From positions 10,991 through 74,990 of the forward strand of contig CALMGJ010000029.1 in assembly GCA_937863565.1 (NCBI GenBank): DNA of 64,000 bases, read 5' to 3'. A program made the position numbers and the translations under genes. Below the pieces are notes generated by a model that was given only the letters and a program-made list of their open reading frames with translations, searched no databases and had not been told where the DNA came from. This document shows, piece by piece, positions 26,855 to 35,022 of this stretch; the first letter of the stretch is position 1, and every line of letters begins with the position of its first letter. Source of the stretch: an uncultured bacterium (GTDB taxonomy: Bacteria > AUK180).

Positions 26855-29800
26855 TCACGAATTCAGTATGTCCTTGATCTGGCGATAAAGCCCGCTTTCT
26901 CGGTCGATCTTCTCCTTGAGCACATTCAAGCGGGCGCGGTACTCGCTTCTGCCCTCAAGTTTGTAAAGGAATATATTCAATTCAGCCTTGTCTTTGCAGC
27001 TTCTGGATATCTTCCTCGTCTCTTTCAGAGCAGATATCTTCTTTTCCTGTTCTCCCTTCAAGAACGCCAGTTTGATCTTGACCTGGAGCAGATTGCGGAG
27101 TTCTGTTATTTCTCCGTATTTTTTCGCGATCTCCATGTATTCGTCAATGTGGCCTTCGATCAGATCATATCTCCCGATCTCGATGGCGGCTACCATAAGA
27201 GCTTTGTATCCGCTCAGGAGAATATGATCATTGTTCATTTTCTTCAGGCTTTCAATGCTTTCCAGAGCAAGTTCGAAAGCCCTCTGATTGTTGTTCTCCA
27301 GATTTTCGATCAGCGCCAGATTTGAAAGGTCAATGCCGATCCCGCGCGGGTCGTTCAGGTTTCTGTTGATCTCCAGCGAACGTGTGAATTCCTTTCTGGC
27401 CGTGATATAATCTCCGAAATAAGCACAGATGCTGGCATGGTTGCCTAGTATCATCGCTTCCTTTCTCAGATCACCGTTTTTTCTGGAAAGTTCCAGACCG
27501 CGCAGGAGGTATTCCGATGCTTGATTGAACTCGGAAAGATAATAATATGCTGCGCCGATGTTCAGGTGCAGCGCCGCCAGAGATTTATAATCCCCTATCT
27601 TCCTTGATTCGGTCAAGGCCTTCAGGTAATATTTGAGCGCAGTCCTGAACCTGTTCCTGTAGAGGCAGATATTGGCGCGGTTTATCATATTGTACATTGA
27701 ATGTGCGAGCATTTTATCGTGTTTAAGGAACGATGCCGCTTTTTTATTGTATTCCCATGCTTTATCGAGGTCGCCCATTTGTTGATAGACAAGGCCCGTA
27801 TTGTCATAGACTTTCGAGTATTCGATATCTGTGCGGCCTTTCATTCTCAGAACGCGGTTGTAGTGCTCGAGGGCCTTGGGATTGTTCCTTCTGAAATAAT
27901 AGAGGCGGCCGTAAGCAAGATTGACCCCGTAGCTGTCTTTTGTGATCTTTTCATATTTATTCAGCAATTCCAGGGCCTCGTCGAGCCTGTATGTCGTCAG
28001 ATATGTTTCTATAAGAGAAGAATACACGAACTGAATGTTCCTTTTGCCTTCATAAAAGGAGCGGCACTCCTCAATGTTTTTATAGTAGTTCTTATAATCT
28101 CCGAGCGAAGATAAACAATTTGAATAATCTATTTTCACTTTATAGAGTTTGGCCGGCATGTCGCGGAAAACCTCCATTGAACGCTCGAAAAGCGTCAGGG
28201 CTTTCTTGAATTGCATTCTTGAAAATTCGAAACGTCCGAGTTCCTTGTATAAGTTCCCTGCTTTTGAAAGGTCTCCGCCGTTCTCGTAATGATATGCGAT
28301 AAGCTCTTTTTTACCGGGATGGAGTATTTCCGTATTAACAGCATGTCTTTTATGCATGGCGGAAGCATCTCTTCTCAACTGTATACCGTAGATCAATTCT
28401 CTAATGATATTATGCTTGAATACATACTGCACACCCGCCGCATGTTCTAAAATGTCGTTCTCTATGCAGGTGTTCAGCATTTCAGGCGAGATCTCCGTTT
28501 TCAAACTTTTATCTACTACATCCTTGAAGAAGATCTTTCCGAAAACGGCAGCGGACCGCAGGAAATTCCTGACATTATTCTCCATGCGGTCGAAATTCGC
28601 GATCACGGCCGCTTCGAGCTCCAGGGGTATCTCATTGATGTCCTTTCCCGAACGCAGCAGCCCCGCCACAGTGAACAAGTAGAAAGGCACGCCTTCCGTT
28701 CTCTTTCTGATATTCACGATCATATCCTCATCTGCATCGATATTCAAAGCGGTAAGGAATGTCTTTATCTCCGCTTCATCGAACGGGATGAGTTTCAATG
28801 ATATTTTCCGACCGGCGAGTTCGGGGATATCTGCCTTCTCGCCTTTTACTGTCCCCAGCACCTTCAAATTCCTGCATTCGTTCAGTAATTTCCCGAGGAG
28901 ATCACCGAAAGCGGCATCTATATAATTGATATCATCGATAAAGAAGACAGGGATCTCTTTCATCCCGTTCAGTGCATATACGATGCCGTCGGAAAGCATC
29001 TTGCTCTTTATGCTTGCCGGAAGGCCGTCAAGGTCCGGGCGGCCGGATAAACCGGTAAGGAAATAACGGTACGACTCCCTTGTGATCTCGTCATCTACAC
29101 TTGAAGAAAGAAGATCCGCAATATCGAATCGCTCTTTGAGCGCATTGAGCAATAACCCTATGAAATCATCAATATCCGGGCTTGCCTTGTTCAAAAGGTA
29201 TACAAAGGGGAAATACGAGGCATCAAGATCGCCGAGGATCTTTCTTGCCAGAAATGTTTTCCCTATGCCGGCATCGCCGTAAAGAATTATCCGCGCGCTT
29301 CCGTTCTCTGTGAGCGAGCGTTTTATCTCATCCGCTTCTGTTTTCCTTCCTATAAAGATGCCGGAGCGGTCCTTTTTGATCAGGGCGTTTATACGGTGCA
29401 CCGATATCCCGGTCTTCTTGCCCTTGACTTGAAATGACCCTATCGGAGAACTGTCCGCATTCACGCATTCAGCCGTAATGCTGTCCGTAAGAAGAGCTTT
29501 TTCCTCAAGCGACATCAACCGGGCAGCAGTATTGACCCTGTCCCCTATAGCAGTATACTGAGTGAAGTGAGCCCCGCCCAGGAATCCGCACCAGGCTTTC
29601 CCTACGGTAAGGGCAACCCTCACATCCGCTTTGATCTGTTTTGATATTTCAAGGATCTCCAGCCCGGCGGCGGCGGCTTCATCGGCAAAATTCTCCTTTA
29701 ATTTCGGGATCCCCCAGAAAGCGGGCAGCACAAATCCCTTATCTGCATATTCCAACTGATTGAATAGCCCTCCCCCGGAGATTATCCGTGACAGTATTTT

Positions 29801-30424
29801 CATCAGAAGTGCTTCATTTTCGTATGTGCTCTCGTCCAGTGAAATGAAAAGCGATGCTACGGTCCGGAACTCGTTATTCGCTTCTTCTACGGCTTTATCG
29901 GAATATGACGTGAAATGCCTGCTGTAGGTCTTACGGAAATCGCCGGCGGGAGGCCTGCTGAACGTAGAAAGCGAAGCAGCTTCCTTAACGGGATCTCCGT
30001 GCAGGCAGAAAATATCCCGGCCCGGGCAGGCGAACCTGTCCAACAGAACCTTGCCCGAGGAATATCCGGTCTTCAGCGACAATGTAAATCCGGTTCCGGG
30101 AAGTATGCTCCCTCTTCTCTGAACGATAAGCGCTTCAAGTTCTTTTTTGACCTTTTCAACAGGGAAATCCCAGAAAAATGCCGCCATGAAGGCGTCACCC
30201 GAATAATTGTAGATATACCCCCCGTTATCTCTGATGATATTATCTGCCGGTTCGTACACGCCGTTGATTATTCCGGTAAGTTTTTCAAGGCCGGTCTTCC
30301 CCTCATTGAGCAGATGCTCGGTTATCCTGGTAAATCCTACAAGATCCCCCCAGAAGATACCTGCCGAGGCTTCAGTTCTTCCTTCTTTGATGTTCTTTAG
30401 GAAATCCGGGCTTAACTTTCTCAT
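26855..30424 (-). CDS. Multidomain signalling protein: two class-III nucleotidyl cyclase homology domains, a NB-ARC/AAA-type ATPase and C-terminal TPR repeats
   Basis: The first cyclase homology domain (CHD) is ...FWGDLVGFTRI...SGDAFMAAFF. The second is ...ALTVGKAWCGFLGGAHFTQYTAIGDRVNTAARL. A P-loop follows (ILYGDAGIGKTFLARKILG), and the last ~450 aa are TPR-rich. This mirrors the AC-ATPase-TPR arrangement of actinobacterial LuxR-type cyclases, but without an HTH. Confidence 0.75.
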   Translation of the reverse strand: MRKLSPDFLKNIKEGRTEASAGIFWGDLVGFTRITEHLLNEGKTGLEKLTGIINGVYEPADNIIRDNGGYIYNYSGDAFMAAFFWDFPVEKVKKELEALIVQRRGSILPGTGFTLSLKTGYSSGKVLLDRFACPGRDIFCLHGDPVKEAASLSTFSRPPAGDFRKTYSRHFTSYSDKAVEEANNEFRTVASLFISLDESTYENEALLMKILSRIISGGGLFNQLEYADKGFVLPAFWGIPKLKENFADEAAAAGLEILEISKQIKADVRVALTVGKAWCGFLGGAHFTQYTAIGDRVNTAARLMSLEEKALLTDSITAECVNADSSPIGSFQVKGKKTGISVHRINALIKKDRSGIFIGRKTEADEIKRSLTENGSARIILYGDAGIGKTFLARKILGDLDASYFPFVYLLNKASPDIDDFIGLLLNALKERFDIADLLSSSVDDEITRESYRYFLTGLSGRPDLDGLPASIKSKMLSDGIVYALNGMKEIPVFFIDDINYIDAAFGDLLGKLLNECRNLKVLGTVKGEKADIPELAGRKISLKLIPFDEAEIKTFLTALNIDADEDMIVNIRKRTEGVPFYLFTVAGLLRSGKDINEIPLELEAAVIANFDRMENNVRNFLRSAAVFGKIFFKDVVDKSLKTEISPEMLNTCIENDILEHAAGVQYVFKHNIIRELIYGIQLRRDASAMHKRHAVNTEILHPGKKELIAYHYENGGDLSKAGNLYKELGRFEFSRMQFKKALTLFERSMEVFRDMPAKLYKVKIDYSNCLSSLGDYKNYYKNIEECRSFYEGKRNIQFVYSSLIETYLTTYRLDEALELLNKYEKITKDSYGVNLAYGRLYYFRRNNPKALEHYNRVLRMKGRTDIEYSKVYDNTGLVYQQMGDLDKAWEYNKKAASFLKHDKMLAHSMYNMINRANICLYRNRFRTALKYYLKALTESRKIGDYKSLAALHLNIGAAYYYLSEFNQASEYLLRGLELSRKNGDLRKEAMILGNHASICAYFGDYITARKEFTRSLEINRNLNDPRGIGIDLSNLALIENLENNNQRAFELALESIESLKKMNNDHILLSGYKALMVAAIEIGRYDLIEGHIDEYMEIAKKYGEITELRNLLQVKIKLAFLKGEQEKKISALKETRKISRSCKDKAELNIFLYKLEGRSEYRARLNVLKEKIDRESGLYRQIKDILNS

Positions 30425-30465
30425 ATAGGATTATATCAAAAAATCCGGGAACAGACAAACGGGGA

Positions 30466-31557
30466 TCACATCCCGGAGAGAAAGACCTCTACGCCGTTGT
30501 TCTCAATGTATTTCACTGCTCTGAGAAGCGCTTTACGGGGAGCCGGGCCCCATTCCTGCGGGACCCTTGAAGGCACGATTAGCGTACTTCCTCTTTTCGC
30601 CTTTTTGAAAATATCCCCGTACATGATGTCCTGACAGACCGCCAGCGCAATAGTATGCCCTTTCCAAGCCAACCCGGTTTTTCCAGATTTTTCGCGGCAT
30701 GAACGCTCAAGGAAAATCACAGGATGTTTTTTAAGGACAAAGACGCTTTTTTCCAGTCCGACCAACCCTGCAGCGCTGCAGCCGTTCTTGGTATAACCGA
30801 AGGCAAGCAAGCCGTTCCGGGCGAAATACTCCCTGAAAATATCCCTGAACGAGGCAATGTCCTCCTCAATATCCCTGTTAAAAGCATACTCGTTGAGTAT
30901 CAGGATATCGATCCCCCTGTATCGCGAGACCTTGTCCAGAAGCGTTACAGAACCCGACAGGTCGGGTGCGGCCACTTTGAGCCCGGTTTCAGGCATTTCC
31001 TTCCAAGAAGGAAGGAAGAGAACGATGAAGAGAAGGATAACAGCACATATCCTTCTTCTTCCGAGAAGGAAAAGAACGGAGGCCAGAGTGAGCGGAAATA
31101 TAGAGGGCGGACATGCACCGGGGAAATTGAACAATTCAATGGCCGGATGGGAGAGCAGGGCTCCGGGAAAAAGGCGGATAACCGTTTCAAGGAATATTTC
31201 CCCTAAAGGGAAAAGGAGGATAAACAGGAGATTAACGGCCTTTATTTCAGCGGAAAGCGTCAGGAATACCCCGCCATATACTGCTGAAGCGGTCAGAATG
31301 AGAAATAACGCTTTATAACCAACGGCTCTGAATGTCCAGAGATTCGCAGACAGAAGCAGGATGAAAAAGAACACGGTATTCCTGGAAAAGTCCGCTTTTC
31401 CCGACAAAAGCAGATAGATGCCGCCATAAAGAAAAATAAAATACAGGACGGCATTCCTGTAGAAGAAATATCCTGCCGCCAGAGAAAACAGCGGTATTAT
31501 TAGCCGTATCGGAGGATCTTTACTTCCTTTTGCTCTCTTCATTAATGATATTATCAA
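30466..31557 (-). CDS. Membrane-anchored carbon-nitrogen hydrolase family protein (apolipoprotein N-acyltransferase-like, short form)
   Basis: The N-terminal ~170 aa are multi-TM. The C-terminal nitrilase-like domain carries an E-K-C triad (LILNEYAF / KKHPVIF / ALAVCQD). At 363 aa it is shorter than a canonical Lnt. Confidence 0.55.
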   Translation of the reverse strand: MIISLMKRAKGSKDPPIRLIIPLFSLAAGYFFYRNAVLYFIFLYGGIYLLLSGKADFSRNTVFFFILLLSANLWTFRAVGYKALFLILTASAVYGGVFLTLSAEIKAVNLLFILLFPLGEIFLETVIRLFPGALLSHPAIELFNFPGACPPSIFPLTLASVLFLLGRRRICAVILLFIVLFLPSWKEMPETGLKVAAPDLSGSVTLLDKVSRYRGIDILILNEYAFNRDIEEDIASFRDIFREYFARNGLLAFGYTKNGCSAAGLVGLEKSVFVLKKHPVIFLERSCREKSGKTGLAWKGHTIALAVCQDIMYGDIFKKAKRGSTLIVPSRVPQEWGPAPRKALLRAVKYIENNGVEVFLSGM

Positions 31558-32488
31558 GGTTCATGATCGTCGACTGATCGGACACGATCACCTTGATATT
31601 ACCGGCAAGTTTCTCCACATACAGGTATTTTATATAGTTGGGTGATTTTCTGAGGGCCGTTTCGATGCTGTTTATCTTTGTAGCCTCGCCGTCCGCCTCG
31701 ATCTTTTTCCTCTCGGCCTCTTTCCTTTCTTTCTCGAGAACATAGTCCATTTTCTGGGCTTGCTGTTCCGCTATCTGCTTTTCCTCGATCGATCTCTCGA
31801 ACTCCTTGGGAAAGATGATATCCCGCAAAAGAAGTTTCTCCACGATGAAACCTATGGACTTCAGATCGTCAGTGATATTGTTTAAAAGCACGGATTGGAC
31901 CTCGTTCCTTTTAAGAGAATAGAGTTCCATGACCTTATACTGAGAAACAACGTTCCTGATGAGAGATCTTATCGAAGGGCGGATGATTTTTTCTTCAAAT
32001 TCCTTGCCAAGGGTTTTATGAATATCGGCAAGTTTATCTGGATCGATCCTATACCAGACGGTCACGTCCACGCCGACCTGAAGACCTTCGCTCGTGGGCG
32101 ACCATACGGAATCGTCGCCCGTCTTTCTTCCTTCATTGGCGGCGATCGACATCGTATATTCCTGGATCCTCACATCGTATTTGTCCAGTTTGTATATGAA
32201 CGGCACGATGATCTTAAATCCCTGCGACAGTGTGGAAAGATTCCCCTGAGGAGAGAACCGGTTGAACTTCACCGTCATCTCTCCCGGATGGACGATCACT
32301 ACTGCCTGGGGAATGATCACGATAAGAAGAACGATCACTATGATTATTGTGATATTCGCCGGACTGAAGGTCTTTCTGGCCTTTACGGAGAACTGGTCAC
32401 GCCATGCTCTTCCCGCAGGTGTTGAGAGATAGATCAAAAGAAAAATGAAAGCAATGAACAGCAAAAAAAAGAAAAAACCCATATGCAC
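31520..32488 (-). CDS. SPFH/band-7/prohibitin family membrane protein
   Basis: It has an N-terminal TM, a PHB-like domain (...VIVHPGEMTVKFNRFS...VGVDVTVWYRIDP...) and a coiled-coil tail. Confidence 0.8.
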   Translation of the reverse strand: MHMGFFFFLLFIAFIFLLIYLSTPAGRAWRDQFSVKARKTFSPANITIIIVIVLLIVIIPQAVVIVHPGEMTVKFNRFSPQGNLSTLSQGFKIIVPFIYKLDKYDVRIQEYTMSIAANEGRKTGDDSVWSPTSEGLQVGVDVTVWYRIDPDKLADIHKTLGKEFEEKIIRPSIRSLIRNVVSQYKVMELYSLKRNEVQSVLLNNITDDLKSIGFIVEKLLLRDIIFPKEFERSIEEKQIAEQQAQKMDYVLEKERKEAERKKIEADGEATKINSIETALRKSPNYIKYLYVEKLAGNIKVIVSDQSTIMNLDNIINEESKRK

Positions 32489-32491
32489 CTC

Positions 32492-33136
32492 CTATCTTTT
32501 TATCGTTTCGAATACAAGCTCATTCCCGTCAAGGCCGTTAAGGCCCATATAAGCGGCATAATATCCTTCGCGGGAAAATGCATTGATCTCCGTATAAAGT
32601 AAAGCGTTCTTCAGAATGAATATTGCGGGAAGCCCGTTCTCGCCTTCCATCGAGACCGGAATGGCAGAAACCGTTTTCGAAATGCTCACAGGAGTGATGA
32701 CAATGATGCCTTTCGCCAGTGCACCGGGAATGAATGATACGGTGCCGCCCGTCGGCGAGCCTATGTAGATGCCCGCTGAGCCGTCGGGCAATATCATATT
32801 AGCCCCTTTAAGGAAAAGATCACCGGGCCCCATCTTCGCAAGTGCTCCTTCTATCGTACATTCCTCGGGTTTTCCCTTGCGGATCAAAAGGAGCGGATGC
32901 CTTTTCTCGGCAGGCGTTACCGAGAACTTGCCGCCGGAGACTTTCCCTGCCGTATATGATGATGGGTCTATCCCGCAACCCAATTCATTAAGAATATAAG
33001 CGTTCGTCGAACCGTAGTTCACGAGAATATTCCCATCGCCGAGAGCTTTCCGGAAGAACGGTTCCGCAATAAGGTTTTTTGCTATTTTCCCTTTTGCCTC
33101 GGCAGGAGAAAGGATCAGAAGATCTCTTATGCTCAT
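32492..33136 (-). CDS. Hypothetical protein (214 aa, Gly-rich, no recognised motif)
   Basis: It is a long ORF co-oriented with its neighbours and overlaps the HD-GYP gene stop (ATGA). Confidence 0.55.
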   Translation of the reverse strand: MSIRDLLILSPAEAKGKIAKNLIAEPFFRKALGDGNILVNYGSTNAYILNELGCGIDPSSYTAGKVSGGKFSVTPAEKRHPLLLIRKGKPEECTIEGALAKMGPGDLFLKGANMILPDGSAGIYIGSPTGGTVSFIPGALAKGIIVITPVSISKTVSAIPVSMEGENGLPAIFILKNALLYTEINAFSREGYYAAYMGLNGLDGNELVFETIKR

Positions 33137-34962
33137 ATGCCGAAACGCCCCAGGTTCTTCTCGAATATTTTGAGGTAGTTCTCCTGAAGAGCCGCTTTCT
33201 GGAGTTCATCACCCTCTCTGTACCAGAGCATAAGTTCGCGCCTCATCTCTACTTCCCTGTTCACTATTCTGCATTCCTGCGCCATCGCGACAGCCTCCTC
33301 CAGCAGGGTCAGCGCGGAAGGAATATCGTTCTCAAGCTGTTTAATGCAAGCTTCGTAATACTTAATCTCAACCTTATTCCTGTAGTCCTTGAGCCTAAGT
33401 GTAGAAAGCTCTTTTAAAGATGCTTTGGATTTCCGTATTTTTTTCTCCTTGATGAAAAGTTCTGTTGCGGCGATGTAGTAATTCTCTTCGAGCCTGTTCT
33501 CCCTTTCGTATTTCTTCAGTATCCTGTTGGCCGTGCCTAATTGCCCCAGTTTCGTGCAGTTCCGCACCAATTCCAGTTCGGCAAGCTGAATGCCGATCCT
33601 GATATTGAGTTTCCTGGATATTCTCAGGGCTTGTTCGAAGTCATTCTCTGCTTTCTTGAACTCGCCCATGGAAGTGTATACTTTTCCCCTCCCTCCGTAT
33701 GAGAGCGACATCCCGTAAACATCGGACATGTCCATTTTTATCTCCAAAGATTGTTCAAAGAGGGAAAGCGACTTTTTAAAATTCCCGAGTTCATATTGTA
33801 TCCTCGCATGCGAATCGTACAGTTTGGAAAGACTGATATTGATCTCCTCGAATGCCATATTGTCTTTCTCTATCTCGTCAAAGTAGATAAGGTTCGCATC
33901 GGATTTCTTGATGCGCAGCTCGACTATCATCTCCTTATAGATCTCCTCGGCATTGGACATCTCTATCATAGCAGATTCTTTTTTATTGCTCTTCCAGAGG
34001 CTCATGGCAAGATGCCTGTATGCTCGGGCTTTCTCCATTCTGTTTATTTTCGGATCGGAAAGGATCATCTCGCAGATATTTACAGTCGTTCCGTAATCAT
34101 GCAGGTAGTAGAAATAGAGGCCCTGTTCATTAAGGAATTTATCATTGATCGGGATCAAGTACCCGCTTGACAGATTCTCAAGTCTCTTTATGCTCCGCCT
34201 TGATTTTTCGAGCAGCTTCATTTTATTGAACGTCTCTAGTACTTTCAGTTCCGCTTCAAATTTCCTCACGGGATCCTCAAATCTCTTTTCCGCCTCTCTT
34301 AGAAAAAGTACTCCTTTCTCCCAGGCATTATCTATGTAGCCGCTCAGATAGTGAACTCCTGCGGCATACTCGATGGATCCGTCTTCGAAGAGCGATTTAA
34401 AACACTTTACACAGCCCGCATCGTAAAGGATGCCGCTTCCTTCCTCCAGTTCTTTCACGGCCTCCGGAAAAGTATGCTTCTTGGAATACTCCCTGAAGGA
34501 TGTCATCGCGTCAAAAGAATCGCAAACGGCGATGAGCCTCGATTCAAACGGGATATCATCTCCCCTCAGACCTTCCGGATAGCCTGAACCGTCAATGCGT
34601 TCATGGTGATACCTGATGATCTTGTTTATCTGCTTCAGGGCGGGATGATGACCCAGTACGGTCTGGGCATATATCACGTGTTTTCTCATTTCGATGCTCT
34701 CCATCTGCGTGAGAGTGCTCTTTTTCTTTAAAATGGCCTCCGAGACCCTTGCTTTCCCGATATCGTGGAGCTGCGATGCAAGGAAGATCGAGGACATCTT
34801 GTCTTTGGGCAGCATCATCCTTTCAGCAAGAAGCAGGGAGTACAGGCGGACCCTGTCGGAATGCCCCATGGTGTATTTATCTTTTGCGTCTATCGTTCTT
34901 GTAAGGAATTTGATCGCTATCAGAAAAAGGTCGTTAACATTGATCTCCAGAAGATTATCCAT
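33133..34962 (-). CDS. HD-GYP domain phosphodiesterase fused to C-terminal TPR repeats
   Basis: The HD motif (QLHDIGK) and HHERIDGSGYP are present in the first ~200 aa, which indicates a c-di-GMP phosphodiesterase class. The remaining ~400 aa are TPR-like. Confidence 0.8.
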   Translation of the reverse strand: MDNLLEINVNDLFLIAIKFLTRTIDAKDKYTMGHSDRVRLYSLLLAERMMLPKDKMSSIFLASQLHDIGKARVSEAILKKKSTLTQMESIEMRKHVIYAQTVLGHHPALKQINKIIRYHHERIDGSGYPEGLRGDDIPFESRLIAVCDSFDAMTSFREYSKKHTFPEAVKELEEGSGILYDAGCVKCFKSLFEDGSIEYAAGVHYLSGYIDNAWEKGVLFLREAEKRFEDPVRKFEAELKVLETFNKMKLLEKSRRSIKRLENLSSGYLIPINDKFLNEQGLYFYYLHDYGTTVNICEMILSDPKINRMEKARAYRHLAMSLWKSNKKESAMIEMSNAEEIYKEMIVELRIKKSDANLIYFDEIEKDNMAFEEINISLSKLYDSHARIQYELGNFKKSLSLFEQSLEIKMDMSDVYGMSLSYGGRGKVYTSMGEFKKAENDFEQALRISRKLNIRIGIQLAELELVRNCTKLGQLGTANRILKKYERENRLEENYYIAATELFIKEKKIRKSKASLKELSTLRLKDYRNKVEIKYYEACIKQLENDIPSALTLLEEAVAMAQECRIVNREVEMRRELMLWYREGDELQKAALQENYLKIFEKNLGRFGI

Positions 34963-35022
34963 GTTATATTATAGTAAAAAACAGGAAAATATTCAATAAA
35001 ATTCTTGCCGGAAGGCGGCAGG

